Source of the DNA: Eledone cirrhosa | Taxonomy: Eukaryota | Assembly: GCA_964016885.1 (NCBI GenBank) | Contig: OZ024743.1 | Span: forward strand, 153,760,001 to 153,824,000 | Length of the DNA stretch: 64,000 nucleotides | Direction of reading: 5' to 3' | Shown here: piece by piece, positions 11,680-25,596 of the stretch | Layout: every line of letters begins with the position of its first letter | How positions within the stretch are numbered: the first letter of the stretch is position 1 | The notes under the pieces: model-generated | Databases searched by the model: none | What the model was told of the DNA's origin: nothing | Seen by the model: the letters and a program-made list of their open reading frames with translations, nothing else | Translations under genes and position numbers: made by a program

Positions 11680-14600
11680 CCCTAGTGCTGGTGGCATGAA
11701 TAAAAACACCCAGTCCATGCTGTAAAATGGAGGGGTGGATAAGGCCACTGAGTCCAGTAAGACAACCTCTCTAGTGCTGGTGGCACGAATAAAAGCACCC
11801 AGTCCATGCTGTAAAGTGGTGCTGGTGTTAGGAAGGGCATCCAACCAGTATAATAAATGCCAAAATTATGAGCACAAAATAACACTAACCATGTTAGGGC
11901 TGCGCATGGTAGTGGGATGGTTGGTGCAGCCATGTGCAAGAACCCCCTGGCCGTCATCAGGCAATTGCACTACAGGAAAAAGAACGAGACGTCGCATCTC
12001 AGAGTTGCCACACTTAATGTTGGCACTGTAACAGGTAGATCTGGTGAAATAGCGGAGATGATGGAGAGAAGGCATGTGGATGTATGCTGTGTGCAAGAGG
12101 TGAGATGGAGAGGTGCCTCTGCAAGACTAATCGCATGCAAACATCGTAGTTATAAGCTTTTCTGGGTGAGTAATGATGATGGGTGGGCATATTACTGGCT
12201 GAGAGATGGATCAATAAGACAATAGAGGTAGTTAGAGTTAGTAATAGAATAATTAGGCTTAGATTAGTGACTACTGACAATCATCTCTGCCTATGCTCCC
12301 CAGGCCTAGGTAAAGAAGAGAAAGACAGCTTTTCGAGCAACCTTTACAAACAGCCTTAATGACAGAGGACAGAGACATCGTTATCCTAGCAGGGGACTTC
12401 AATAGTCATGTTGGACAGCTCCAGGATGGACACACTGAGGTACATGGTGGGCGCGGTTATGGCTCAAGAAATGAAGAAAGAGTGAGGCTTCTTGAATGAA
12501 TTTTGTGATGCAACACTAACTTCCAGAAGCCTACCAATCACCTAGTAACCTACAAATCAGGCAAGCACATAAGCTAGATTGACTTCCTGCTAGTTAGACA
12601 GTCAGACAGACAGATGGTGTCAACTACTAAGGCATACCCCAGGGGAGAATGTACCCCACAGCATAGGTTATTCGTTAGTGACATCTCAGTAAGCAAGAGA
12701 AAGAATGAGACATACAGGAAGGTGTGGAAAAGAAAGGTCTGGAGGCTAAAAGACCTTTCATTAAAATATAAATTTAGCAAAGCCTTTCAAGATGTGTATG
12801 ACGAAAAAGAAGAATTTAGAGTTGTATGACATAGATGATAACTGGAATTTCTTGTGTGACAACTTACTGCAGGCTACTGAAGAAACTTGTGGTTGGGGCA
12901 GAGCTTCAACCAGACAGAGAGTGACCTGGTGGTGGAACAGCACGGTAGATAGGGCCATTAGAGACAAAAGACTGGCATGGAAGGCTTGGAGAAATGATGG
13001 GAGTAGAGAAGGATACAGAGCCGCTAAGAGAGAAGCTAGATGTTAGGTGTACTTAGCACGCAGGGAGGCTGAGAGTAGGAGATTTGCCAATGTTCTGCGA
13101 CGGAAAGATCAGAGACGTGCGATATTCCACATTGCAAGGCAGTGTATCACTGCAAATCAGGATGTTGTTGGAGATAAGTATGTCCGGAATATTGCCGGTG
13201 TAATTGGTGTCACAAATGATCAAAAAGAGGACCCTGGAAATATCATTATGAGAGACTGATGAATGTGGAGAACAAATGGGATAGATAGAATATTAGCACA
13301 ACTGATTAGAGAAAGGGTCAAATTAGATGAGATGCAGTTTGTGCCTCGGAAAAGTAAAACAGAAGCCCCTGCTTAGTGAGGCCACTACAAGAGAAGTTCT
13401 TAGAGAAGAATAAGCCACTATACTTAGCTTTTGTTGACCTAGAGAAGGCCTTTGATAGGGTACCCCGATATGTCATCTGGTGGTCCCTAAGTAAACTAGG
13501 TGTAGAGGAATGGCTTGTGAGGACAGTGCAAGCTATGTACAGGGGGGTTGTCAGTAAAGTGAGAGTAGGTATGGAGTTTAGTGAGGAATTCCAGATACAA
13601 GTAGGTGTACATCAGGGTTCGGTCCTCAGCCCACTCTTGTTCCTTATAGTCCTCCAAGCCATAACAGAGGAGTTTAAGACTGGCTGCCCATGGGAACTTC
13701 TCTATGCTGATGATCTGGTTCTTATAGCAGAATCAGTAGAGGAGCTAGAGAATAAATTCTGGCTATGAAAACAGCAGTTGGACTCAAGAGGCCTGAGCAT
13801 GAACATAGCAAAAACAAAAGTGTTGATAAATAGAAGAGAGGACAATACTCTGATTCCATCAGGGAGATGGCCATGTTCAATATGTAGGAAAGGAACTGGC
13901 ATAAATTCCATAAAATGTATGCAATGCAGATGTAGTGGGATAGCAGGCAATGTGTACACAAGAGATGTAGTGGGATAGCAGGCAAACTAACAGGTAGGGA
14001 AAACTATGTATGCCATAGATGTATAGGGAAAGTTGCCAGTAGTAATCACAGTGATAGACACATTTTTCCAATGCAGGAGGGTTCTATAGAAGTGCTTGAT
14101 AGCTTTCAGTACATAGGTGATCAGAATAGCATGGGAGGGTGATGTTCCGAGGCCATAGCATCTAGAATTAGGACTGGTTGGAAGAAGTTTAGGGAGCTGC
14201 TTCCTCTGTTGACAAAGAAGGGTTTCTCCCTGTTTACGAAAGGACGGTTATATGATGCCTGTGTGAGATACACGATGCTGCATGGTAGTGTGACATGGGC
14301 AGCAAATGCAGAAGATATGTGACGGCTGGAGAGAAATTAAGCAAGTACGCTCTGTTGGATGTGCAATGTCAATGTGCGTGAATGACCAAGCATAGATGAG
14401 TTTAGAAAAAAAGCTGGGTATAAGAGGGATAAGTTGTGGTGTGCAGCAAAAAAAGCTGAGATGATATGGACATGTGATGTGCATGGAGGATGACTGCTGG
14501 GTAAAGAAGTGCCAAGAAAGCCCAGTAGAGGTAGACCACGAAAAACATGGGCGGAGGTGTTGAGAGCAGACCTCAGATCGCTGAAACTCACTGAGGAGAT

Positions 14601-14712
14601 GACGAAGGACTGTGTCAAGTGGATAGATGCTGTACTGATTAGGATCCATCCACCCTTGCAAGCAGGGAAAAGCGGGTGTAAAATGATGATGATGATGATG
14701 ATAATGATGATG
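11680..14712 (+). mobile_element. Decayed RTE-clade LINE (APE endonuclease + RT) with (ATG)n tail
   Basis: APE: LRVATLNVGT..VDVCCVQEVRW..AYAP..GDFN.HVG..IDFLL. RT: AFVDLEKAFDRVP, GVHQGSVLSPLLF, LLYADDLVL, NIAKTKV. End: RGRPRKTW then AAATGATGATG tail. Internal deletion near 13285 removes early RT domains. Confidence 0.92.
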
Positions 14713-15314
14713 TAGTAGTAATCAAGGGCTGATAGTTTTTCTAATTATTTTCGAATGCCTTTCTTTAATTTCTGTACATTTTGGGTTAGTAATGTATAAA
14801 GATTCTTTTTTTTTCTTTAGAATAATTTTGCATTTTGTAATCTTTGTAATATTATGTTTCTTATTTTATTGATATATTATATGTATATAAAATGAGAATT
14901 TTACATTTGTTATAAAGTTCTCTTTTGATATTAATATCTATTCTTAAGATTTTCTCATTATGAATAAAATATTTTGCAAATAGAAACCATTGCAGCAATG
15001 GTTGGTATTCAAGAAATGCATGAGTTGTGTAAAGCAAGTTAATATCAAGGTCCTTTCTTAAAAAAAAAAGACCTTGTTTTCTTTCTTTTTTTGCAGTTAT
15101 TACTTCCTCAAGAAATATTTTATTGACAACTTCATAGCTTACATATATTAACTAAATCTTAATCAAATAAAGTTAATAGTCAGCATTTGCATGGCTTGTC
15201 TATATTTGGGATGTTATCAGAACAATTTAAATGAGAAAAGAGAAAAAACAATTATTAATAATCATTTCAAAATGATATCCAAGGAATAATTATTTTCTTT
15301 TTCATTTAATTTGT

Positions 15315-15620
15315 CAACTGAACATCATATGGAAAAGCAGTTCTATGAATTTTCCCATGAATCTCAAACTGGATATATCCCTGGTGACTTTGATAACTCT
15401 GTATGGGTGTGAAAGCTGAACACTTTTAACCAAATGGATTGAAGAATCCAAGCATTTATAAAGAAGTGGTTCAGAAGCTGCTATGCATCTTCTAAACACA
15501 GAATAACATGACACAGCTTTGTCATGCATGAAATAACCAAATAGTCCTTCTCCTTCTCCAGGGGTAAAGATGAGACAATGAATATCCTTGTCCAACAACA
15601 TTAAGGACTACATGATCTCA
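15315..15620 (+). mobile_element. Old RTE-type LINE fragment (region C-terminal to RT)
   Basis: Broken translation IWKSSS..KL..SLVTLITLYGCES*TL..RIQAF..K..R.LL matches the LYGCESW motif. Confidence 0.6.
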
Positions 15621-16939
15621 ATAGTGTGACCCTTTTATATAAGATGAAGGAAAGAATGAAGTGGTTAATGATAACTGACATCGTCTAAACTTCAATGACT
15701 AACAACACCAGTTACAAAATGATGATACTATTAGGTCTCACAGTTAATCCAAAGTGTAAATTTGCTATTTGTATGAGAAATATCTGGTTGTCAGAGAGTG
15801 ATCACATAACTGTCAACAGAAGTAGCTCTGCATCCACAAAGTATTAAATTCTGCAGCATATCGGCTACCAAAGGTTTAGTTAGATGAAGCTAAGTAAGCT
15901 TTGGCAGCTATCAACCTTATAATAGTTTGTTAATGAAATATTTATCAAGTGATTCAGTCAGTCAATTATAAAGTAGCTAAATTATTTTACTTAGGGAGCT
16001 AATGTTATTTGATAAGATTCAATTTAAATTTTATGAGAAAACTAGAAATGAAATGATAAGGTAATAAGACTGAATTCCTACATATAGTACACAATTTCTG
16101 TCCATCAAATTCAACACTCAATGTATTCATGAATGAAACACTATAATAGATGTCACTTGCCAGTGGTGAAAAACAGCTGGATTGAACTTGGGACCATGTA
16201 GTTGTAAAGCAATCTTCTTTACAACACAGATATGCATATCCTTATGAACACTGGTAAATGATTTTAAGGATCGATATGTTTTTAAAAAATAAACAATGAT
16301 TGCAAAAGGTTAACAACTGTATCTGCTATGGAACAAAATACTTAAAAAATTCAAGATGTGTGAGTTTGTAACAAAATAGAAATTCATCATAAAGAGGTAA
16401 AAGAAAATAAAGAAACCATAATTTTCATTTTACATAAGAGTATATCTTCTTCTTCTTCTTCTTCTTCTTCTTCTTCTTCATCTTCTGCTGATGCTGCTCT
16501 GCTGCTGCTGCTGCTGCTAAAGCATGTAGCGATTTAGCACTTAGAAAAAGATCTTCAGCTCTGTCACCAAGGCCATGACAGCAATTCTTCCCTCGGTACT
16601 TCAACCACATAGAATCAAATGCCTCTTCATATAAACAAAGATTCTCCAACACAACACTGTATTCATTTGTAAGTGCTACCATCAAATTTATATTTTTATA
16701 AATCGAAGTAATCATATTCTTTTTCCTTTTTAACTGAAGTGAAGTGAAGTGAAGTTACATATCTATTCCAAATTAATGTATTTGTCATCTTTGTCATTCT
16801 CTTTATATAACAAACACTAACTTTGCTTCACATATACATATCCACAGATTCACACATATGCAGATATTCATATACATACATATATATAGATGTGCATATA
16901 TGCATATATGTATATATGTAGTGTGGGTGGAGGTAGAAG

Positions 16940-17515
16940 TCGTTACATTTGGTGACTAGTTCAGATTTGTTTTATTTGATAGTGTGTCCTAATCGAGCAA
17001 TATACTAAGTGCTTCAGCTGGATACTAGTTATAGGGGCCTCCACCTTTGGTTAGGGTAGGGCCATGGTAACAGTAGTCCAGCATAGTTGATAGGGTATTT
17101 CTTTTTCGTGTAGCTTCCAGGGTTAGCTTGTGAGGTTTGTTGGGGGCTTATATTCTGGGTGTAGGAAGGAATATTTGTGCTGCGTATATCGGGATTTGAA
17201 AGAGTTAGCAGTCATAACTGTCTATGCTTTTCTCTGTACACTGTTGGTGACATTGTATTTGTACACTACATTGGTAGTTAGGCATTTGGAGTCCAGAGGG
17301 CACTACTCCTGGAGGCGGACATTGCAGTATTTTTCTATGCTCGGGTAGGTTGGAACATGGGATATGTTGCTGAATTTGCTCCTGTTAGATGCAGTGATAC
17401 TTTGTGCTATATTTGGTGTTCTTGAGTAGGATAGCTTTACAGTGTTTATATTTAAAATCCTGTGGTACTGGCACTATGGAGGAAAGTGCCTACAGATCAT
17501 TCTGAAGAAGATATT
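16940..17515 (-). mobile_element. Penelope/Poseidon-type PLE fragment (RT thumb, linker, GIY-YIG)
   Basis: Minus-strand translation RHFPP..YHRILNINTVKLSYS..NIAQSI..YCNVR..CPLDSKCLTTNVVY. Confidence 0.75.
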
Positions 17516-17639
17516 ACTACACCCTTGAAAAGGCATGATGAACACAAGGTGAAATCACTTGTCCAACTTATGCATGGAAATCTTGAAGCGCTCTCCCACA
17601 ATACTGCTGTAATGGCTAGAAGCTCTCAGTTTACCATGT

Positions 17640-18010
17640 AAGGTGTCTATGTTGTTGGAATGACAAAAGAGTACCCTATCCACCCTGCAAAGTAGTCATG
17701 TTGGTGACTCGACAAATAAGCATCCGGTCTACCTTGCAAAATGATTGTGTTAGGGACATGACAAAGAGCACACAGCCAACCCTGCAAAATGGTTGTGTTG
17801 GTGATACGATGAAAAAGTACCCAGTTTATACTGGACATATGTTTGGCATTCGGAAGGGCATCCAGCTGTAGACAACATGTCAGAAACAGTTCTGTTTGAG
17901 TAAGGCATGGTCACCTGGTTTGACTTGTTTCACAACAGGACATCTCGTCTCATTCATGCTAGGTCAGAAAATGGATTTTAAATGATGATGGTGATGAGAT
18001 GATGATGATA
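17640..18010 (+). mobile_element. Non-autonomous RTE-derived element (5'-UTR-like repeats + RTE-like 3' tail)
   Basis: Four ~45-bp units like the RTE leader at 11680-11830, then GGAAGGGCATCCAGCTGTAG and CATGCTAG..GAAAATGGA..AAATGATGATG. Confidence 0.65.
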
Positions 18011-18479
18011 TCTCTCTCTCTCTCTCGCTCTCCCTATATATATATATATGTATATATAAAAGCTAGTATTCCATGTGTACCTGATTTAGACTAGTGCACC
18101 ACATACTGGCATGTCATAAGGGGTGGTACCAGGAAGTGCAGAATCACAAAATTAACTCCTGCTCTAGCAGGAATCAAGACATTAGAATATAAGCTAGTCT
18201 TCAGAGACAATGTAAATGTAAGTGTTGCACTGATGAATCACAAACTGTTGTGTTGCTTATATGTTGGATATAAGGGTGTGAAATTGACAAATATTATTCT
18301 AAACTAAAATATTAAAATTAATCAATAATTCTGATAGCTAATATTTAACTATTTATATTCTATCATTGAAATATTCCATTTGGAGTTAAAATCTTACTTT
18401 ACTTTCTATATATTATGTCAACAAAAATATGTTAGCTGAAGTAGGATCAGTTTAATCAACATTATAGATTCTGCTACTA

Positions 18480-18664
18480 GGGCGGTGGATTGGCAGTATC
18501 GGTAGAGGGTCGGACGCCATGCTTTCCAGCATAGTTATGTCCCTTTACGATCTGAGTTCAAATCCCGCCGAGGTTGACTTTGCCTTTCATCCTTACGGGG
18601 TCGATAAAATAAAGTACCAGTAATGCACTGGGTAATTGCTGGCCTTGTGCCTAAAGTAGAAACA
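18480..18664 (+). mobile_element. Full-length tRNA-derived SINE with 19-bp TSD
   Basis: A box TGGCAGTATCGG, B box GAGTTCAAATCCC, central GCCTTTCATCCTTACGGGGTCGATAAAATAAAGTACC (MetaSINE-like). TSD ATTATAGATTCTGCTACTA at 18461-18479 and 18665-18683. Confidence 0.93.
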
Positions 18665-18843
18665 ATTATAGATTCTGCTACTAATTTTAATATATTGTGT
18701 CATTAAATGTTATTGTTCAATTCATTTGGGAGCTCAGTTATTGTACATATAGCTACTCAGTGTAACATAAATTCTCTAGACAAAATGTAGTTTATGAAAA
18801 TACGTTTGTACCATCCAGTCAAGAAGGAAACATGTATTTGATT

Positions 18844-18886
<43 letters not shown>

Positions 18887-19737
18887 TTACCCATTTGCTC
18901 TTTGTATTGTTCTGAAATGGACGTATTAATTTGCATATAATTAGCATTCATCTAGGCAATTAATTAAAACATATAATAAGAAGTGCACTAGCAGCTGAAG
19001 TGTATGATAAAGTTATATCTGCATAAATGCAAAGTATGTAACTGAGACTGCACCGAAGTGTATAAATTTATAAATTTATCTAATATGTAGACATGTAAAC
19101 ATGCAGGAAAATATGAATTTCTCTTTAAATTGAAAAAAATTATAAAAATCTTTAATCGATTTTTGTATCTAATTGGTGACTCATCAAAACCACCCAATCA
19201 ATCAATACATCAAATGAATACAATCGATCAATACATAGATATAATATGTCGTTTATAAAGATAAAGACTGTTGATAAAACTAGATAATATAGTTGATGTT
19301 TACTGATAAAACCATATATAAAGGAGGATGGTAAAATAAATGCTAGACACGTGTGTACACACACATGTTTCGTTTTTAACAGGTAATACATTAGATGTAA
19401 ATAAAAGGTTTACATTATTTTTTAGAACTTTATGTGGGTCAATAAAGGAAAATTGAAATCTCAAATAAATACATATTTTCTTGTAGTATTCATGATCCAT
19501 ATCATTAGTTTTATCTCTTTAAGGCAGTGGTCCCCATATGGTGTGGTGCACCTCATAGGTACAACAGAAGAGGATACCTGGTGAGGCAGAATGATTGAAA
19601 GACAATCAAAGATTTAGAAACAGTTTCAAAACATTCATATGCAAAAAATAAATACGCTTTCAAAATTTCAAATATTATTATGGATTACTTTGTAATTGTA
19701 TGCATGAATCTAAGTATAGTCAAAATATTTATTGACT

Positions 19738-20450
19738 GGTTTTATCATTCTGATATTTTATCATTGTGATATTTTATCATTGTGGTATTTTATCATTGTG
19801 ATATCTCATCATTGTAATATTTTATCATTGTGATATCTCATCATTGTGGTATTTTATCAGTGTGGTATTTTATTTATCATTGTGATATTTTATCATTGTG
19901 GTATTTTATATATCATTGTGATATTTTATCATTGTGATATATTTTCATTGTGATATTTTATCATTGTGGTATTTTATCATTGTGGTATTTTATCATTGTG
20001 GTATTTTATCATTGTGGTAGTTTATTTATCATTGTGATATTTTATCATTGTGGTATTTTATCATTGTGGTAGTTTATTTATCATTGTGATATTTTATCAT
20101 TGTGATATTTTATCATTGTGATATATTTTCATTGTGATATTTTATCATTGTGGTATTTTATCATTGTGATATCTCATCATTGTAATATTTTATCATTGTG
20201 ATATTTTAACATTGTGGTATTTTATTATTGTGGTCTTTTATTTATCATTGTGATATTTTATTTATCATTGTGATATTTTATCATTGTGATATTTTATCAT
20301 TGTGATATTCTATCATTGTGATATTTTATCATGTGATATTTTATCATGTGATATTATAACATTTTGATATTTTATCATGTGATATTTTATCATGTGATAT
20401 TATATCATTGTGATATTTTATCATTGTGGTATTTTATTTATCATTGCGCT
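19738..20450. repeat. 16-bp minisatellite (TTTTATCATTGTGRTA)n
   Basis: About 40 tandem units with recurring variants. Confidence 0.95.
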
Positions 20451-20519
20451 ATAATATCAAGTATTAAGAACATAGTAACTAGGGTCTGCAAATTAGAGGA
20501 GAGAGTTATCAATGATAGT

Positions 20520-23135
20520 GTTCTGACTTCGAATCAGTGGTTATCTTCCTTTAACCCTCTCTCTGAACCTTCTTTGCCGTAGGGTAGCTTATGCCTTTTC
20601 ACCAATACTTCCCTTCCCCTGAACTGGTGTCTTCATTTCCAGCATTATGGCCCTTGGAAAGAAAAGCTAAACATAGGGTCACACATGCTTTGTTCGAATC
20701 CACACTTCTATCCTGCCTGGCAATACCATCGTTGGTACGTTTGTTTTTGTTAGTTTATTTTCAGCTCCTTGTTTGTTTTCTGTCCTTATTTTTTCTTCCA
20801 TTTTGTGATGTTTTATTCTATTCGTTTTTCCTTTCGAAGTAAATTTTAATAAATGTTTTAAAAACACTTAACTAACAAAAAATATTAAACAGTCATATAA
20901 TATCTCTGATTAAATATTTATGTAGTTTCAATTCTTTGCCGAAATCTTTTTTACGATTCTCCTCCAATTTGTGGGCCCTAATAATAACATTTTTTATTCC
21001 TTTCAGATCATGGATAGATATTTAAAAAAAAAAAGAACGATAGCATCAAGTAATAACGACGACTATCAGATTCCATTTGGCAATCCAGAATCATCAGATA
21101 AACTGGGTGGCATAATGTTGAAATTTTAAACATTTAATTTTATCACCGTCAAACATTTTTACAGGATAACACATACGGAAAAGGAGAGAGCCTTAGTACT
21201 TCAAATAGAGAGAGGGACGAAGTTTCTCCTCTCAAATGGAAGCGCTTTGTTGCCAACAGCGTCTGTTAGCCATCAAACGAATAAGAAAAATAAAAACAAT
21301 GTAACAACATTATTTCAAATAATGTTTTCAAATAACAAAAGTTCCTGGAAAGAAAATAAGAATAATATGGATAACAGGAACAACAACAACAATAAAAATA
21401 GCAACAACACTGGAAACTGTGATAACAACTAAACCAACAGCAACAAAAACAACAACAGCTATAAAGTAAAAAAATGGCGATAACAAACACAACTATAACA
21501 ATGAAAATTACAACAATAACAACAACAACAATAACAACATTAACAACAAGGAGCGGGTCAGCAAACCAGCCAAAAATGCCTGCACTAGCGGTAAAATGTC
21601 TTTCGCTAGTGTTACAAAATCCTTCGTCCAATGAGTAACTTACTCTGAGGAAGAAGTACAACAGGCTAGAGTTCTGGTGGAAAGGGCCGGCCCTATTGTC
21701 AGTCTTAACTCTCCTGTTGACACCATCCAAAATAGAGTCACACGGTGAGATGTATTATTGGCTTAAAAACAAGAAAGGTTGAGAGAGGTACAGAGGCTCA
21801 AATACAAAAAAGTGTTAGTCTCCATATGGAACCTAAAAACTTACATCCAAATGGGCAGGAGTTTTGGCACAATGGAGGTGAGATTTGTGACAGAAGAGGA
21901 AGCAAGGTCTCCCTCCCTAAACCCCTTCAAAGCGAAGAGATCATGTTAGTCCCTTACTACTATAAACAGAGACTAATAATGATATGTGTCTTGTAGCTAC
22001 CACCTAAAATAGCCATTCCTTATCTAATTGCTGCAGTCACAGTAGACATCGCTGAAAACTCTAAAATCTCTAACATCTGCCAGACTAAAAGAGAAAACTG
22101 GTCGGGGTTTCAAATCCTCCCACAAGCCAATCTAAAGAATGTAGATGCCATTCTGGAACAAATCCATCTCCCAGGTGAAAATATCCTATCAATTAAAATG
22201 GAGGGGATGAAGTTAAAATTGTCACATGTGTATTTTGACAAACCATATAATAGCTATCTGCCCAACACTGATGGGAAAGAGCAGAAAACCCCTCTTCTAC
22301 CAACACAAAACAAACTCATCAGCAACCACCAAAATCTAGACATCATCAACATCAAGAAAAAGCAACAGCAACACCAACACCAGTAGCAGCAGCTATATCA
22401 ACAACAGCAAAACCAAGATATGGAACAACAGCACCAGCACTAGCAAGACTAATACCACAACCAACAGCACCAAGAGAACCACCAACACCAGCACCAACAA
22501 TAGCAATGCACATCGAAGACATGCCATTCTCTGACGTCACACAGTTGGACCTAAATTCTGATGAGGGTGAAGAGTGCAAGCAGTCAGCTAAAAATAGAAA
22601 GGAAAAAAGCCCTGTCTTTGCCCTAAAATAAGAGGCTGAATGAGAAAAAAGTAGCAAAAGCCAGAAGGCAACAACCACCTACACCCACAACACCCCACCC
22701 CCAGTATCAATGCCACCAATCCCACTACCATCAACACCACAACAGACATCACAGACACCAAACAAAACCTAACCCATATCCCTAATAAGGACAACAGCAA
22801 ATACAACAAAAGTATACAAACAGTACACATGGCAGAGCATTAATCATTAACAACAGAAAGCAACTGAACTACATAAAGCACTATACTAAAATCAAAGAAA
22901 AAGTCTACATCTCACCTCACAAAATCACATTATCCTCAAACATACAAAACATACAAATCACACAAAATACATACACACATTTAAAATGTAAATTCCCCGC
23001 TGCAATTGGAGAATTCCAAGGGTCCTTCTCCAAAAGAATCTATACCAACATTTCTGTGCAAGAGCCCACAACTAGCCAAAGGGAAGGATCAACCATATTT
23101 CCACCAAATATCACAATCTTGTTCAACAATGTAAA
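20520..23135 (+). mobile_element. ORF1-like relic of an L1/Tx1-type element with no ORF2
   Basis: ATG at 21010, N/Q-rich tract, SFASVTK, GRSFGTMEVRFVTEEEAR (RRM-like), degenerate knuckle EGMKLKLSHVYFDKPYNSYLP, then a Q/T/P-rich A+C-biased tail; many stops. Confidence 0.5.
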
Positions 23136-24609
23136 TTAGGGAACAGTTGAATTAATACAACAGTAATACAATTACTGGATTTATAAATATAGGAAATAAT
23201 TGTGTCAGACTTGGTTCATTGTATACTTTCGATTTTGAAGAGAGCAATAAATAACCAGTTAGCAAATGAGATGACTAACCATACCAATGTTTTTGATTTT
23301 TATAGTTTATTTAATATGAAAGGGCTGTGCACTTACCCTTTGTAACCCTTCCAAAATTTGCTGATGATTATTTTAAACATTTGTTAGTCATTGTCTACAG
23401 GATGAATGTCGATGGGAAAGAGATTCCCATACGTTGCCATTTTTTCTTTAGGTAGAAATGGGCTTGGGCCAGAGAGAAATTCAGTTTGGATGATAAGAGG
23501 AGATGATTATGCTTAAGCTGGCCTTCATTCAATTATTTTACAACTAACAAGTTTTCAAGAGAGTGGCAACTATAAAAGTAAAATGAGGAGCCACATCATA
23601 TATTTGGCTGAAGTGTTTTAGTGACTGAATTTTCCCAATCAACCTTCAGTTTGTAATTTCAAAGAACCTTAGCCCCTACAATGGCTTAATACTCTATATA
23701 GGAAGCAGTTTAGACAAATATATATTATGAAGAATATATAATTTAGAAAGGAAAACTAATTACCTCCTATAACATGTATGTGCATCTGTGGTTAACCAAT
23801 GTGGGAGCTTCTAAATGCCCACACAATCTGCGAGAAGGAGCAGCTAAAATTTTTAAAGCAAACTCTATGGCCTTTAAGCATAAAGAATACATTAAATGAT
23901 TTAGTCCTAGATATACTATGTTGGAATTTAAAAAAAGCTAAGTATACCAGTGGAAAACCTTTGATCATATGTCTGCTAGATTAAAACTAAATAAATAACA
24001 ATTATTATGAGAATACATGATGATAATGCACTGATGTAATTCTAGAGCATGATTTAGTTGTATCACCCTAGGTTAGTCATGATAAGCAGGTTTATGATGA
24101 AAGATATTCAAGTCATGGCCATGCAGGCAAGTATTTTTTATATGTAGTACTGTATTTGCAAATATTTTAGATAGACTTTTATAATTTGGTAACTATTTCT
24201 AGCAGGTCAATTGACTGCATAGAGACTCCCTTATTGGCTCATGTACAATTTAGATGTATCACTCTATACTGAGAATTGAAATGCCGCCAATATTTATTTT
24301 ACTTTACATACATAGATGAATAAATTAGCACATTTCTTAGAATTAATATATATGTATTATTGGTTACAAATGTATCATTTATATTAAAATGAATCTGAGC
24401 TGTTATAATTTATTCATATACTTTTTTGATTAATTCTGAACTTGCGTATCATTGAATAAAGATGTAATAGTTTGTTATGTTTAATATTAGTAGAAATAGC
24501 CTATGTTTCTGCACCAAGTTGTTGATGTAACTCATGACACATTAAGGATAGTATTGAAGCAATAAGTAGCAAAAACATGTGTGTATCCATATATATATAT
24601 ATGTATATA

Positions 24610-24659
<50 letters not shown>

Positions 24660-24667
24660 TATATATA

Positions 24668-24869
24668 CATCCAGAGTTGACATTGCACTCGGTGCTCCTT
24701 TGGGAGCCCCTACATGGACACACTGGAAGAGGAAGACCAAGGTTGACGTATGTTGATGCCCTAAGGTCAGACACTGGTCTGTTGGAGACGCAGGACATGG
24801 CAGCGATAATGAGGGACAGAGACCGCTGGAGAGAACTCGTCCATGGATCTCGGGAATTTTACCCGCCTT

Positions 24870-24871
<2 letters not shown>
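24668..24871 (+). mobile_element. 5'-truncated 3' end of an RTE/RTEX-type LINE inside (TA)n
   Basis: VLLWEPLHGHTGRGRPRLTYVDAL..MRDRDRWR*; (TA)n on both sides. Confidence 0.85.
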
Positions 24872-24908
<37 letters not shown>

Positions 24909-25173
24909 CTGAAAAAATGAAGCGAAATTTCATTTCCCACTCTTAGTATGGCTGTTACTTAAATATAAGTATGTACACGTACATACATATATGTATACAG
25001 ACGTACAGTAGTATGTACATATATATATACATACATGCACACATATATATATGTACGTATGGATTCACCGAACATTTATTATAATGCTCGATGTGTTTGT
25101 AAACAGACATCCCGTATTAAGCCGTAGTGTCTAGCAACCACTGTTGCTCGTTTGTTCAACACTGACAAAGGAA

Positions 25174-25214
25174 CGTTGTACTAGTTTCAAGCTTATTAGC
25201 TATCGTCAGCAACG
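25174..25214 (-). ncRNA. Minimal type I hammerhead ribozyme (copy 1)
   Basis: CGUUG-CUGACGA-U-AGCU-AAUA-AGCU-U-GAA-ACUAGU-A^CAACG: 5-bp stem I, intact core, palindromic stem III, GUA triplet. Confidence 0.88.
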
Positions 25215-25596
25215 TATACCTTCCTGCCAGATTGTTTAACGTATATACTTACCTTATGTATATTAACGGCTGAGTAGCCCAATTTGCATATCGAGTGGGT
25301 GGTTAATCGGCCGGGTGCACCGAAAACGATAAACGGAAAAAACGAAACGAAATTTCCTTTCCCACTCTTAGTACGGCTGTTACTTAAATATAAGTATGTA
25401 CACGTACATACATATATGTATACAGATGTACAGTAGTATGTATATATATATACATACATGCACACATATATATATGTGTGTATGGATTCACCGAACATTT
25501 ATTATAATGCTCGATCTGTTTGTAAACAAACATCCCGTATTAAGCCGTAGTGTCTAGCAACCACCATTGCTTGTTTGTTCAACACTGACAAAGGAA

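Noticed and set aside
16425-16715. 96-aa ORF as a host exon
   Set aside because: No recognisable domain or splice acceptor, and it ends in triplet repeats.
18480-18575. tRNA gene
   Set aside because: The A/B boxes belong to a SINE head with TSD; no cloverleaf.
19738-20450. CRISPR-like array
   Set aside because: Contiguous units with no unique spacers, in a eukaryotic context with no cas genes.
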